Shown here: positions 26,233 to 40,674 of the stretch, in pieces | How positions within the stretch are numbered: position 1 is the stretch's first letter | How the letters are laid out: every line of letters begins with the position of its first letter | Assembly (NCBI GenBank): GCA_951406725.2 | Contig: OX597828.1 | Coordinates: forward strand, 33,542,001 to 33,606,000 | Source: Octopus vulgaris | Taxonomy: Eukaryota | Length of the DNA stretch: 64,000 nt | Reading direction: 5' to 3' | Notes under the pieces: model-generated | Database searches by the model: none | What the model was told of the DNA's origin: nothing | Seen by the model: only the letters and a program-made list of their open reading frames with translations | Made by a program: the position numbers and the translations under genes

Positions 26233-27349
26233 AAACGTATGTGTGTTTATGTATGTATGTATGTATGTATGTATGTATGTATGTATGTATGAATGCATGA
26301 ATGTATTTATGTATGTATACATATTTATATAGCAAATACCACGCTGTAGAACAGTGTCTTCAAGTGAGTCTGTATGGGGAAGTACACGTAATACAACAGT
26401 ATTACAAAAGTCTAAAAGTGCCTTTAGTAGATTAGCAGAGATACACCAAGAGAATATGAAAGGTATGATCCCATCGAAATTGGGTGCAGAAGTTGTGAAG
26501 GTTAGTCCATCTACAAAGCTTAGACGGAAGGACATGGGGTTGGCTGCGAATATAGCGAAGATTGCCCTTAAAAAAACCGTGGATGCGGAGGAACAGTCGT
26601 TGGAAGGGACAGTGCAAGCAAGGGTAGTGAAAACTGGACACATTTTGGGGCTTGACCAACCCTGGTTGGCTCGTCTGTGATAGGGTGCCAATCGTTGAAA
26701 GATTCGAAATACCTAGTGACCACAGGAAAAAAAAACCGGTGATGATGTGTCTAGGTGCACCACAGGATAATGTACTGATAAACTATATATACACAAATGT
26801 ATATGTATGTTTACATATATGTGTGTGCGTGCGCGCGCGCGAGTATATATATATATATATATATATGTATTTGTGTGTGTATATGTATATATATATATAT
26901 ATATATGTGTATATATGCATGAACAAATACCGCTAGATATTCGTGTCCGATGCTCTAACGACTGTGATTCGACATCATATTACATACGTATCCGAATGAA
27001 TTTCGCTGTTAATTTACTTTCTGCGATGTGTGCATTACGTATGGTACACAGGTGTCTATTTTAATTTAATACTGCTGTGTTGCGAATAAGGAAATGCTAT
27101 TTCTTCGGGCAGTTAATCACAGCATCAGGGATTTTTCAATCAATAGTTTCTTTCATCATTGGCGACGGATTTTGTCTTAACACGTGGCTTGCAGTCGGTG
27201 CGTACTTACTGACAGTTTTCGTCCGCTACCGATATATTTTATCGTTTTTAAACACAGTGCACCCTTAAGATATACTGTCTCCGAACGAATGCCACAGTTG
27301 ATTTGCCTTTCGCGATATATATGCATTAAATATAGATAGATAGATAGAC

Positions 27350-27439
<90 letters not shown>

Positions 27440-27482
27440 ATGGATGGATAGATAGATAGATGGATAGATAGATAAATGGATG

Positions 27483-27543
<61 letters not shown>

Positions 27544-27574
27544 ATGGATAGATAGATAAATGGATAGATAAATG

Positions 27575-27641
<67 letters not shown>

Positions 27642-28683
27642 GGGCAGACGTGTGTGTATGTGTGTGTTTCTTGACAACCGATGCTGGTTTGCTTACTTCC
27701 TTGTAAATTAGTGGATTATCACAGAAGGCAGAATAAGTACCCGGCTTTAAAAATATATGCACTGGGATCTATTCGTTTCACTAAGCATCTTCCAGGTGAT
27801 GTTCCAACATGGCCGCAGTCCAATGACTGAAAACGATGCAAGGTAAAATGTTCTTTTTAACGTAGGGTATATTTCTATGATCCTCTTCCGCGCAACACAA
27901 AGAGCTCACTCATTAGATATGCAATTATGTAAATATGCAATCCTTTCCTTTATAATTGTGAAAGCCTGTCTTTTAATCTCTACATCTTCGGCTACCTTTC
28001 ATTTCGCAGAACTGTAGCCTTTACTTTCACATATTTCTTATCCAGTTATATAATTTACTATGATGTACGATTTGTCCATATTGCTCAGATGAAAACTGTT
28101 TGACGATATTAACATTTCGTAGTATTAATTATAAACTTCCAACTCTTCAGGAATTGTGAGTAAAATCATTACAGTTCTAAGACGATAATCTGTGCTATTT
28201 TAACAATGTTACTCATTCAGAATAGCTATTGGCATATTTTAGAAAATACGCCAGCAAAACATAGTTTGATGTTTCCAATGATCACAGGGTAAACCTTCCC
28301 TTTAATCTTATCTCTTCTGCTTCAGCAACCTGTTCTGAGAGTTTTTAGTAGACATCCTTTGAGTATTAAACCATCACATAATTCTAATACGCCTTCTCCT
28401 GAACTTTCCCATATTCCCTTTCCAGTTATCTAACTACAGTTCACCCCTACACCTTTTCTTTGTTCCAGTTCCATTCGTATGTTCCAGTTCCCTTCTCTAC
28501 CGGGTAAATAACTACTTTGTACTATAATGGACCCACGTGAGAGCATCCTCAATTAAATCATTCAATATAGATACAAACGCTGACAACTTCTAATCTTTCA
28601 TAACACTTGCTTAAGCCGTTCATATGTGTATGTATAGAGAGTTACATTGAATGCCGCTTGAATTTCTGAATCCAACTTTTTCG

Positions 28684-28726
<43 letters not shown>

Positions 28727-28728
28727 AC

Positions 28729-28763
<35 letters not shown>

Positions 28764-28766
<3 letters not shown>

Positions 28767-29053
28767 CACCGTGATCACCTTGATCGACCAGGCTATCAGA
28801 TGTTGCTACACACCACTGGTCACAATGCGCTTCGCATAGATTTAGCCTTCATATGACGCCACCCCGCTGGCTAAGTGAGCAGGCCAATAGAAGAAAGAAT
28901 GAGAGAGTGGTGGCGAAAGAGTACAGGAGGGATAGCCACCACCCCCTGCCGGAGCCTCGTGGAGCTTTAGGTGTTTTCGCTCAATAAACACTCACAACGC
29001 CCGGTCTGGGAATCGAAACAACGATTCTACAACCGCGAGTCAGCTGCCCTAAC

Positions 29054-29055
<2 letters not shown>
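28764..29055 (-). mobile_element. SINE family C with RTE-like tail
   Basis: Head matches 2700-2835; tail resembles RTE 3' end at 49381-49445. Confidence 0.85.
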
Positions 29056-29110
<55 letters not shown>

Positions 29111-29383
29111 TAACTTTTTACCTAGGGCGACCCCACAGCAATATCATATCTTCTCCACTATTACAGTATTACGTGTTAAAAGTGAAACAAAAACATCTCT
29201 CTTTTGTAATGCAGACACTTTCACTTTAATACTGAAACTATTAAAGTGAAAGTATTATATAACAGGGATGAACCATTAACACTGGTCATCCATTTTGCTA
29301 GAAGATCCGCTATAGTCTTATATGTTACACCACTGGTTTTCAATTCATATTAATCAAATTAATATTCAATTTTTCACCCTTAT

Positions 29384-29427
<44 letters not shown>

Positions 29428-29853
29428 TGTGTGTGTGTGTTAGCAATTCGTATAAAATTGCATCAATGACTTGAACTTGAATAAGTGGTATCACATAAAT
29501 GGGGATAAATTAAAAAGGTTTGTTGTTTAATTGTAAACCGTAAGCCTCCCCCTTTCGGAGAAGGGGCTTTGGTTATTGTTTAAAAATTGAATTGTGTCCC
29601 TGTTTGGGGAAACTGACAATATTTTCACCGTCTTTACGGAAGCATTTTTGTTAAAATGCCTTCGATAGAAGTAAGTCCAAAAATGAATTTCGCTGCAGCC
29701 GTACACTTCTATACAAGAGGGAGGACAAGATCCAATTGATCGAAATTTCAAGGAACGGGCCTACAATTCCAGTCTGTTATATATTTTGAGTATTGTTATC
29801 ACTAGCGATATCATGATATAACTTTGTATTTTGTATTTTATGTGTAGATGTAC

Positions 29854-30075
29854 ATGTTCACTGACAAAATCCGTGCTGCATCTCAGAGATGCAGCACGGA
29901 TTTTTGTCAGTGAACAGGTCGTGGCCTTATAGGGACGAAAATATTCTGCCAATTTAAACTTAAATGTTGAAGTGAATCGAACGGCTTTTGTGTGTTTCTT
30001 AAATGGCTTACAAACACCTTCCACGCTGCAATTGTTTTCGTTCCAGCACACGACCTCAGATCAAATCACTTGCTA
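29854..30075 (+). mobile_element. Family Q pLTR preceded by terminal hairpin (29854-29916)
   Basis: tgttcactgacaaaatccgtgctgcatctc-a-gagatgcagcacggatttttgtcagtgaaca hairpin; homology to 19800-19926. Confidence 0.8.
29903..29952 (+). ncRNA. Variant hammerhead motif (G3-C8 core)
   Basis: ttgtca-GTGAACA-g-gtc...gac-GAAA-atat-TC-tgccaa. Confidence 0.55.
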
Positions 30076-30089
30076 TGCATGTACATCCC

Positions 30090-30183
<94 letters not shown>

Positions 30184-30221
30184 TGTGTGTGTGTGTGTGT
30201 GTCTGTGTGTCTGTGTGTGTA

Positions 30222-31634
30222 CAGTCGAGGGAAATAAATATTCGTAAACGAATATAAATATTCTATGCCACAAAATACTGTTAAAATATTTTTCTTTTTA
30301 ATAGAACTTTCTCGTTTGTTCCAATAATCTTATCATTTGTCATTGTTAAGTGTGAAAACACTAGCTTCTTCATTCAGCATTGCGACAACATAAAAATAGT
30401 ATCGTAATAATGGCGAAAAGTAAAGAACTCACAAATTCAGTGAAAAACTTAAAAAATTGAATAGTGGAAAGCAGGTAAAAGTTACAGGAAAATATCAAAT
30501 ACCCTTTGTATTCCATTTTCTACCATATCTTCATTTATTCAAAGATATAAAATATCGAGAACTGTTGAAAACAGAATAAGATCCGGTGCACCACGCAAGA
30601 TTTCCTCTAGATCTTTAAGAAAAATAAAGCGAAGAATCGGAAAAAACGCAATGATCACCAGAAAAGAGTTGCAAGAAGATTTGTTAGCTTCAGGGACTAG
30701 TGTTACACTACGAATAATCAGCAATGAACTTCATAGGAATGAACTGAAATCACGCTCTCCTAGAAAAACTCCGCTGTTGACTAAAAGGCATAGAGATGCC
30801 CGTTTAAAATTTGTTTATGAACATAAAGATAAATCTGATACATTCTGGAGAAATGTTCTATGGACAGACAAGTCGAAAATTGAATTGTTTGGACGAAATT
30901 CGCTTAGCCATGTTCGGAGGAAAGATGGTACCGCCTATTCGCCGAAAAACACAATTCCTACCATAAAGTTTTGAGGTGGCAACATCATGGTGTGGGGGTG
31001 TTTCTCTGCAAATGGTACTGGCAATTTACATGTGATAGATGGTAGAATGAATGCAGAGATGTAGGGACTCTGTAGAAAAGCTTCAGCTTTGTGAAGGGCG
31101 GGTTTTACAACAGGATAACGATCCTAAGCACACGTCGAGGTCTACCGACAAAAAGGATTATCGATCACAATATAAAATCATTAGAATGGCCAAGCCAGTC
31201 ACCTGACTTGAACCCCATTGAAAATTTGTGTCATTATTTGAAAATTAAAATTCATTCAAGAGCCCCAACGTGCATTGCAGATTTGAAGAAAATTTGTCAA
31301 GAAGAATGGGAAAAAATTCCTAAAGAAACATGGAAGTCATTGATTAAGAACTACAAGAAGAGATTGGTTGAAGTGGAACTGAATAATGGTTATGCTACGA
31401 AGTATTAAATCAGAATTATCAGTTATTTATGTTCTGTACGAATACTTTTTTCACCCCTGGATATTTATAATTGAATATAAATTCCTTAGTTACTATAATT
31501 TATTAGTTTCTTTTGCATATTCTTAGTTTATGCATGTGTATGCATATATAGTATTGGTATATCCCATTTATGTTCATTAGAAATTAGATAAATAAAGAAT
31601 TTTGACGTGTACGAATATTTATTTCCCCTCACTG
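30222..31634 (+). mobile_element. Full-length degraded Tc1 (DD34E) transposon
   Basis: TA-flanked TIRs cagt..gggaaataaatattcgta; VLWTDKSK, QQDNDPKH, WPSQSPDLNPIENL; stops and frameshifts. Confidence 0.93.
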
Positions 31635-31640
31635 TATATA

Positions 31641-31679
<39 letters not shown>

Positions 31680-32079
31680 GACGGGCTTTTCCACAGTTTC
31701 CCTCTCCTTGATTCACTAACAATGCATTAGTCGGCCTAGAGCTACAATTTAGTGGAAGACACTTGGCCAAGTTTCCACGCAGTGAGATTGAACCCGGAAC
31801 CACGTAGTTGCAAAACGAGCTTCTTAACTCCACAGCCATATTCTTCTCTAAGCAAGAGACATCGATGTCTGGGAATCCGACAGATGGCAGCACTGGACAG
31901 ATATGCTGTTTTTACACCCTTTTTTTTTAACATAAGAGGGATTTTTTTCTCCACAGTAACTGCAGTGAATTTGCCTTTAGCATTTGAAAGATGTCGCAAA
32001 CATTTTAACGAACCTAAATTTAGCGTGTATATATGTGTGTCTGGTGGGATATATATGTATACGCATATATATGTGTTCG

Positions 32080-32129
<50 letters not shown>

Positions 32130-32435
32130 GTACGTATGTATATATATATATTTGTATATGTACATATATGCGTATATATAGATATATATACGTATATATA
32201 CACTATGTATGTGCGTGTATGTGCGTGCATGCATTTATGTATGTATGAGCGAGTACACTTATGTGTGTACGTAGATAGATACATACAGACACAGAACAAA
32301 CTTAGACGTGTTTCCTATTTCACTAAGCTGCAGTCTCCAATGATAATTCGTACGTATGAGTAATTTTATTAAAAACACTTTGTCCATATAGTCTAACTCA
32401 ATAACCATTTAAATCTTAAGCTACAACTGTTCTCA

Positions 32436-32544
<109 letters not shown>

Positions 32545-32590
32545 GCACACACACAAATACGCTACACACTTACACACGCAAAATTACGTA

Positions 32591-32664
<74 letters not shown>

Positions 32665-33419
32665 TGTGTGTGTGTGTGTTTGCACTCATCCTCTTAACTA
32701 ATCTATCACAATAGATTGCAGAAACAATACACCAGACAACTCTACTTAACACTTGTTTGTAATTTCAAAGTCTACAGACGCCGAACGTATGGCAGGAGCT
32801 GACATGTATGAAGTCGGTAACGAATTCCCATGGCATTTCAATAATGAAATAGCGGCAATTTATCTCCCTTTATTTACATTTGAAATCCCAAGCGCTTTCT
32901 ATAAATTGCTTATGCTTTATGCAAACTTATATTTTGCAATATTGATATTTTTCTCGTTATGCCTAAATCTCTAATGTAGAATAATGCTTATAGTCAATCA
33001 AACAGACTCCATTATATTGCTGGTTTTCATTTAACCAACACAATCGCTATGAATGGCGATCACTAAGAAAGACTCGTCTTTATTATAGATCGTTCCGTAC
33101 TTCTATATCATCTCTTATCCCTATCCAGTAGAGCTATGATTTATTTGATTCACTCATGATCATACCGTATTTGTGAAGACTAAGGTATTATTTGAAGGAG
33201 ATTTGGTTATTATTTCTAGTAAGCCTAGTAACCACGTCGAGTGATCACTCATTGGCAGGAAACAAATTTGACGGTACTTAAAAAGAAAACAAGTAAAATT
33301 GAAAATATTGCAATGAGGTTTTTGTATATGGCGTCCTATAATTCTCGTCACCTCTACCGACCAGGTGACTTTGAGATGTGTGTATGCGTGTGCATTTGTG
33401 TGTGTATCTGTGTGTTTAT

Positions 33420-33474
<55 letters not shown>

Positions 33475-34047
33475 TGTTGTGCATGCGGGCAAGTTTGTGC
33501 GTCTGCATTTATCCATCAATGTCTTTATGGTCGACGTTTTTCCGCGTTAGTCCTTGGTATTGCAAAGACATTATCTTAATCACCTCTACAGTGTCGGAGA
33601 TGTTTCCAGAAGCAAGTTCCTATCCCCAAGAACACTTGCCCAGCTTTCCACTCTCGGATACGCCACGAAGAAAAGAAACGTCAATAGGTTTGCAGCATCC
33701 AAGGATCCACAGGGCACGCCAGATATTGGTTAAGTATAACTGTACATGTCTACCATAGTATCATTCCCTCCGGATCTTCAGAGGGGTTTACTCAGCCTTT
33801 TTTTCTTTTAGCACTCATTAAATCACCTAAAAAAAGTAGTAGACTTGAGTAGAGCTGGTCCAACTGCCCCGTCTTTCAAACTTGTACTGGTTTGATTCAA
33901 CAAGTGCTACGAGTCCTGTAGTCATCAGGATGTAAGTTTTATATGGAGTTATCTCCTCTTAGATGAGCAAGTAAAAGGCTGAAGGAACCCATCTGCCCTG
34001 GGTCCGTTGAGGGTGTCTGTGACTGATCGTTTTCCAGATGCAATACC

Positions 34048-34280
34048 TATTGCTTTATTACCCACAAGGGGTTAAACACAGAGGGAACAAACAAGGACAG
34101 ACATAGGTATTAAGTCGATTACATCGACCCCAGTTCGTAACTGGTACTTAATTTATCGACCCCGCAAGGATGAAAGGCAAAGTCGACCTCGGCGGAATTT
34201 GAACTCACAACGTAACGCAGACGAAATACCGCTAAACATTTCGCCCGGCGTGCTAACGTTTCTGCCAGCTCGCCGCCTTA
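34048..34280 (-). mobile_element. SINE family B, young full-length copy
   Basis: 16-bp TSD ttccagatgcaatacc (34032-34047 / 34281-34296). Confidence 0.92.
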
Positions 34281-34559
34281 TTCCAGATGCAATACCGTAG
34301 CATTGATTGGGAACCTGACAGGAACTGCTACTCCGAATCATAGCAGTCCTAGAAAATAATGGCTTAATGGCTCCGCAGTCTCCAAGACACTGGAACTCCT
34401 GAACGAGGGTGTCAAAACCAGGTGCAATTTAAAGTCATATTCACATAGAGATACACATATACTAGCTTATATATAAGATTAGCATGCGTTGTACCGCTTT
34501 CATTCATGCTGTTTATCGATATATATAAGCATTTATGAGAAACCATTATTAAATAACCA

Positions 34560-35020
34560 TCGGAGGTAGCGAGGAGGCAAAGTCGTTAGCACGCCGAGCA
34601 AAATGCTTAGCGGCTTTTCGCCCGTCTTCACGTTCTTTGCTCAAATTCCGCCGGAGTCGACTTTGCTTTTTACCTTTTCGGAATCGATAAATTAATTATC
34701 AGTGAAACACTGGGGTTGATGTAGTCGACTAATCCACTCTCTTAAAATTGCAGGTCTTGTGCCTTTAGTAGAAAGGATTATTAAATAACCATCAAGAAGG
34801 TGGCGAACTAGCAACTCGTTAGCTCATTGGATAAAACATTAACCAGCATCGCTCACAGCGCTGGACGCTCTGAGTTCAAATTCCACAGAGGTTTAACTGT
34901 ATCTTTCATCGTCTAGGAGTCGATAAGATAAGTACTAGTTTGAGCACTGGATTTGATGTAACCGATTAACTCCCTCCACGTAAAGATGCTGGTTTTACGC
35001 CAAAATTAGAAAGAATTATA
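34560..35020 (+). mobile_element. Two tandem diverged SINE B copies
   Basis: Core motif repeated; similar pair at 35952-36370. Confidence 0.75.
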
Positions 35021-37252
35021 TTTTCTACGTCTTTAATTTAAAGGGAAAAAAATTTGACAAGTCAGTCAGTCGCCCGCTGACACTCGTTGACGCTACATCG
35101 AAGCGGCCAGGGAACAGAAGAAAGAAGACATGCACCCAACACCAGAGCTGAAGACACCTCCGAAACGGGGATGGGAGCGCCACGTCAAAACGGTAGAGGA
35201 GTAGGGGCCGAAACCGGACGTGGTTCCTCCTGGTGATGTCTTGAGCTAACTGGATCCTATAAAGGAGCTGTTGTGGTAGCAGACCACGAAAAACGGTTGA
35301 AATTCCTTATAATATTTAATGACTCACTCCTTTCGGATTAAAGTTAAAGAATAATTGAAGAAGAAAATTTTTGAGAAACCCTAAACTATGTAGATTGCTT
35401 CGAATTAGTGTATATATAGATACTTGTTTGTTTCCATTTTATGTATCATCTATAAATACGAGTTAAGAAATATAATTTAAATACAAATAATTTCTTTTGG
35501 TTTAACAATAGTTTTGAGAAGAGTACAGACCAGATGAGAACGTGGATAGCAGTTGCCATCTGCATTTGTAAAAAATACTTCTTTTTCTTTATTTCCATTC
35601 TCTAGACCGTTTTATATAACATAGAAGCTGTTTTGATTCTATGAGAAAAGGTTGCTAACCTTTTGCTCAACTTTCCTCCATTGCTAAAGAGAGGGAAGCT
35701 GTGATTTCGCAACAGAATCGATTCAGAGAGATGGAGAAAGGGAAGAAGGTGGAGGAGGGTAAACGGAAAGAGGATGAGGAAGCAGAGAGGAAGGGAAGCA
35801 GAGAGGGAGGAGGGGAAGGAGTTTAGAGAGTGGGAGAAAGACATTTCTTAACTCGCAGAAAACATTTATTCAGAGCAAATACTACAAACCATTTCTATCC
35901 GGCGCCCTAACGCCTCTGCGAATTCGCCGCTCTATTATTAACTACATTCTTAAGGTGGTGAGTTGGCAGAAATGTTAGCACGCCAGGCGAAATACTTAGC
36001 AGTATTTCGTCTCTGTCTTTACGTTCTAAGTTCAAATTTCGCCGAGGTCGAATTTACCTTTCATCCTTTCAGGGTCGATAAATTAAATACCAGTTGCGTA
36101 CTGGGGTCGATCTTATCGACTGCCTTCCCCATCCCCAAAATTTCTGGCCTTGTGCCTAAAGTAGAAAAGAATGCTTAGCACGCCGGACAAAATACTTAGT
36201 GACATTTCGTCCGATTTTACGCTATGGGTTCAAATTCCACCGAGGTCGACGTTACCCTTCATCCTTTCGAGGTCGATAAAATAGGTGCCAGTTGAGCACA
36301 GGAGTGAATATAATCAACTTACCCACTGCTTCGAAACTGCTTGCCTTGTGTTAAAATTTGAAACCATTATTAACTACATCCTTACGTATAATTGTGGGGG
36401 TTAAAAAACATTTTTTTTATTATCTTCAGTAACCAATTATCTGACGGTAGTAATCGTCGATGTATTTACCACATCCAAATAGGCAGTCATACGAATATAA
36501 GCTTAGCATACAATCCAATGAAGTATTCAACCAAACCTGATAACATTGATGCTGAAATACTCTTCGCAATTTCCTCATTGGCCCGCACATTAAATGTTAT
36601 CGTCATTTTTAAACACATGTACAACAATCCATCGTTATTATTCCAATCTGTTTTATACAAAACTCAAGAGAATCCATTAAAGGAACGTACTTTGGAATTA
36701 CATTACCAAATAGCAGCTAGAAGCAATATTCTTGGTGACGGTGTATCTATGGTTTCCCACCTCCTGAAACATTCAACAAATTCTATATGTTTTAAATCGA
36801 AAATGGAGTACTTCACTATTGAACAATAAGCAGAACGAGGTAATGTGATACGTAGACATTATATATGTGCTCATGAAGTAGATGGAGAAATTAGTTTTAT
36901 TGCTGTTGAAAAACTATTCTAAACGAGAATGGATAGATGTGTTATAAAGTTCGACGGCCAACATAAAACTGAAACGCACACAAGTCAGTAGGTAAAATAT
37001 ATACTCATAAAAATCTCACGAAATATCACATTTTATATTAATATCCATCAGAATAAGTGACGAATACTTATGGTATTTGTTATGAATTTCTCTTCTCTGA
37101 GATCAAATCCGATCGGTGATGTTAACTTTTCTTTCATATTGTAGCCTGAAAAATAATTTACGTGAAATTCTAAATAATGACGAAGCGAATCATTAGCTGC
37201 TTCTAACTATACAAATCTAATATGTGCATTGAATACTCTATCCTCCTTAAAT

Positions 37253-37289
<37 letters not shown>

Positions 37290-37293
<4 letters not shown>

Positions 37294-37577
37294 CAAATAG
37301 TAATATTTTGAAATCATTTAACACGTACGTTTCGAGCCTGTACAATACATACTAGGAAAATGCACTGATTACGTAAGACCTTCCTCAGTTAAAACATTTC
37401 AAAATATGAAGCAGGTTATGGAAATATTTCAATATGTATGCTCTTCCATCAACTGCTTCATATTTTGAAATGTTTTAACTGAGGAACATTTTACGTAACT
37501 GACGCATTTCCTATTATGTATCGAACAGACCCGAAACGTACGTGTTAAACTACATCAAAATTTCACTATTTGGTTTA
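37290..37577. repeat. Inverted repeat with HHR motif in each arm
   Basis: Arms ~37290-37420 / 37445-37577. Confidence 0.85.
37474..37549 (+). ncRNA. Hammerhead motif with GUG triplet (mirror copy 37317-37393, minus)
   Basis: tttaa-CTGAGGA...agacc-c-GAAA-cgtacg-TG-ttaaa. Confidence 0.6.
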
Positions 37578-37939
37578 ACTTCATCGTTACAACTTATACG
37601 ATCGATTCGATGCTAGTACATACTAGCAGGTCCAGAATCCGATTATGCGGATACCCAAACAGCAATTTGGTGTAGTTTATTATATTTGACTCGAGTTGAA
37701 AATTTTGGAACCATGCATTTCTCCTTCGCATAACACGAAATGATATGTATATATTATATATATATATATATTGTACAGGCGCAGGCGTAGCTGTGTGGTA
37801 AGAAGTTTGCTTCCCAATCACATGGCACATTGGGCAAAGCCTTCTGAGTTGGATAACCTCAATAGAGAAAAATACGCACAGATGATAACAAGAAAAGACC
37901 CAAAATTGAAAATACAGGGTTGAAACTGAAAGAAGCCCG

Positions 37940-37993
<54 letters not shown>

Positions 37994-38068
37994 GTATTTA
38001 CTTATTTTAGTAGGTTTGTCTTTAAGGTTCCCTTCTAGCGTGTGGCATTTATGTATAGTAATACCCTT

Positions 38069-38132
<64 letters not shown>

Positions 38133-38139
38133 GTGTATA

Positions 38140-38190
<51 letters not shown>

Positions 38191-38334
38191 CGTCTTCTAA
38201 ATGTTTTACGTTCTTGTCCCAGTTTGTATTTTTGTACATATAATATACATATATATATATATATATATACTAGCTGAAGGTGACCCGCTCTACGCGCGGG
38301 TAAGAGTGTGGGTGTTACTTTCTGTTGCTTCCTT

Positions 38335-38645
38335 TCATCACGTAAAAAGCACCATCCGAACGTGGCCGATTGCAGCACCGCCTTGACTTGCTTCTGTGCT
38401 GGTGGCACGTAAAAAGCACCAACCGATCGTTGCCACTGCGAGCCCCCTGGCACCAGTGCCGTCGGCACGAAAAAAGCACTCACTACACTCATAGTGTGGT
38501 TGGCGTTAGGAAGGTCATCCACCTGTAGAAACACTGCCAGATCAGACTGGAGCCTGGTGCAGCCTCCTGGCTTCCGAGACCCGGTCACACTGCCCAACCC
38601 GTGCTAGCACGGAAAACGGACGTTAAACGATGATGATGATGATGA
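38335..38645 (+). mobile_element. SINE family E 3' part with (GAT)n tail
   Basis: Repeated ggcacgtaaaaagcacc; ggttggcgttaggaagg...ggaaaacggacgttaaacgatgatgat. Confidence 0.7.
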
Positions 38646-39470
38646 TTCTCCGTATTTGTTTCTCTCTCCTTTCTCTCTCACTTTCCCACTCTCTTACTTT
38701 TCTTTTCTCTCTGACTCTCCCTCGCTTTCTCTTACTCTCTATCTTTATCTATCTCTCTCCCATTTATAAACAACAGAAGATCTTGAGTAAGTTGAGAAAT
38801 AAAATATTTAGAAAGATCAATCAGAAATATGAGGCAGTGGCAATGGAAAGGTCTGCTTCAAGGCAGACAGCAAAACGCTAACATTCAAAAGGGACAGACG
38901 AACTTGCGAGCTGAATAAAAATAATAAAATATTGGAAATCAAAGTTTGAAGGGATAGAATCTGAGGATAGTAGAGTCACCATGGCTGGCATTTGTTAACG
39001 ACGGACAGCAACGTAGTGACAGTTTAACGGCTGGCGTAAAATTTGGAACTTGATGTAAAAGAAAATTCGTAAACACCAATTTTTGACTTGATTCTTTCTC
39101 ACGACAGTAGACTCACCATGGCAAGCATTCAAAACTTCTTTATCATGGACGGCAACACATTGACGATTAAAAGGCTGGCGCAAATTTTTTAGCTTGATGC
39201 AACAGAGAGTTCCTAAACACCCGCTCTTTGAAATTTTAATCCCCTTCCAGCCCCATTTAGACCCCTTTTCACATTTTGGTTAATATAACCCGATTTCATT
39301 CGGGTGTACTGGGGCCACATTTTATAAGATGAGGAATTTTGTCCTAGAGGTGACGCCTTTCATTTGAGGAACAAAATAGTTGTGATGCAAACTTGTCAGC
39401 ACCTTTAACATAGGTGTGCATATTTTCAGGTGAATCGACCGACTACGTAATGCACACATATATATATGTG

Positions 39471-39515
<45 letters not shown>

Positions 39516-39657
39516 ACGCATTATATATACAAATGTATACAAATGAGATATATATCTGTATAAATTAAATTAGAGATAAAACCACTAATAGGCAAATCAA
39601 ACAGTGAAAAACCAAAAACAAAAACATAATAAAAGAAAATATAACATAGAAAATATA

Positions 39658-40674
39658 TCTATATATATAAAACTGTAGTTGTGTGAGTGTCTGTCCCCTT
39701 CGATTTAGATTCCTAACTACTCCCAAATTTTGCGGTGCAGTTTAACCAAATTCGGGTATCTTACAGTCATGATTCATATCGAGCCCGTCTGGGTATTAGC
39801 GCGCGTCTACGATGAGTGTACGATTTTAAAAATAATTTAACATCATTTTTTATTCCATTTTAATGCATAATTTTTCGTGTGTCGATGGCGGCGGAGTTGG
39901 CGTCCACGCTCACGCCTGCACCTGTGTTGCTTCTCCCCTTCTTCCCTCCCTCGTGAAGCTGTGGGGAAGGGAGTGTAAGGAAATCAACGTCGTAATGCGT
40001 TGTGAAGGAGACCAGCGTTCTTTTAGAACAACGACTTCATGGCTTGAAGTCGCCAAAACAGAAATCGCTAAAAAAGCTGAAACAGATCCACAAAAACGGC
40101 AAAAACCGCCACACAGGGCAGGTTTCCTGTGCAAACAATTTGCACAACCGAATGTTTTAGTTGTTGCACAAATCTTTATATATAAAAGTAAGGTTGTGTG
40201 TCTGTCTCCTACGATTTAGATTCCTAACTACTCCCACAGTTTGCGGTGCAGTGTAACCAAAACCGGGTATCTTATAGTCGTGATTCATATCGAGCCCTTC
40301 TGGGTATTAGCGCGCGTCTACGATGAGTCTACGATTTAAAAAAAAATTTACCATCATTTTTTATTCCATTTTAATGCATTTTTCGCTATTATATAAGGGA
40401 AGTAACTCTCTAAAAATGTCTACGATGAGTCAACGATTAAAAAAAAAATTACCATCATTTATTTATTCCATTTTAATGCATTTTTCGCTATTATATAAGG
40501 GAAGTAACTCTGTAAAAATGTCTACGATGAGTCAACGATTTAAAAAAGAAATTACTATCATTTTTTATTCCATCTTTAATGCATTTTTTGCTATTTTCTT
40601 TGCTATAACTCACTAAAAATGCTTATATAGTTATTTCCCTTACAAACCCGAGCAACGCCGGGCGATACTGCTAG
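39658..40674 (+). mobile_element. Chimeric Helitron (two 5' ends at 39658 and 40173, one 3' end)
   Basis: First part matches 4645-5060, second matches 17471-17818; ~100-bp internal unit x3; CTAG|T end. Confidence 0.85.

Noticed and set aside
35148-35225. CTGAAGA...GAAA-ccgg motif
   Set aside because: AC instead of UH and weak stems; single copy.
36392-36829. 145-aa ORF
   Set aside because: Non-ATG start, AT-rich composition, no recognisable motif or splice support.
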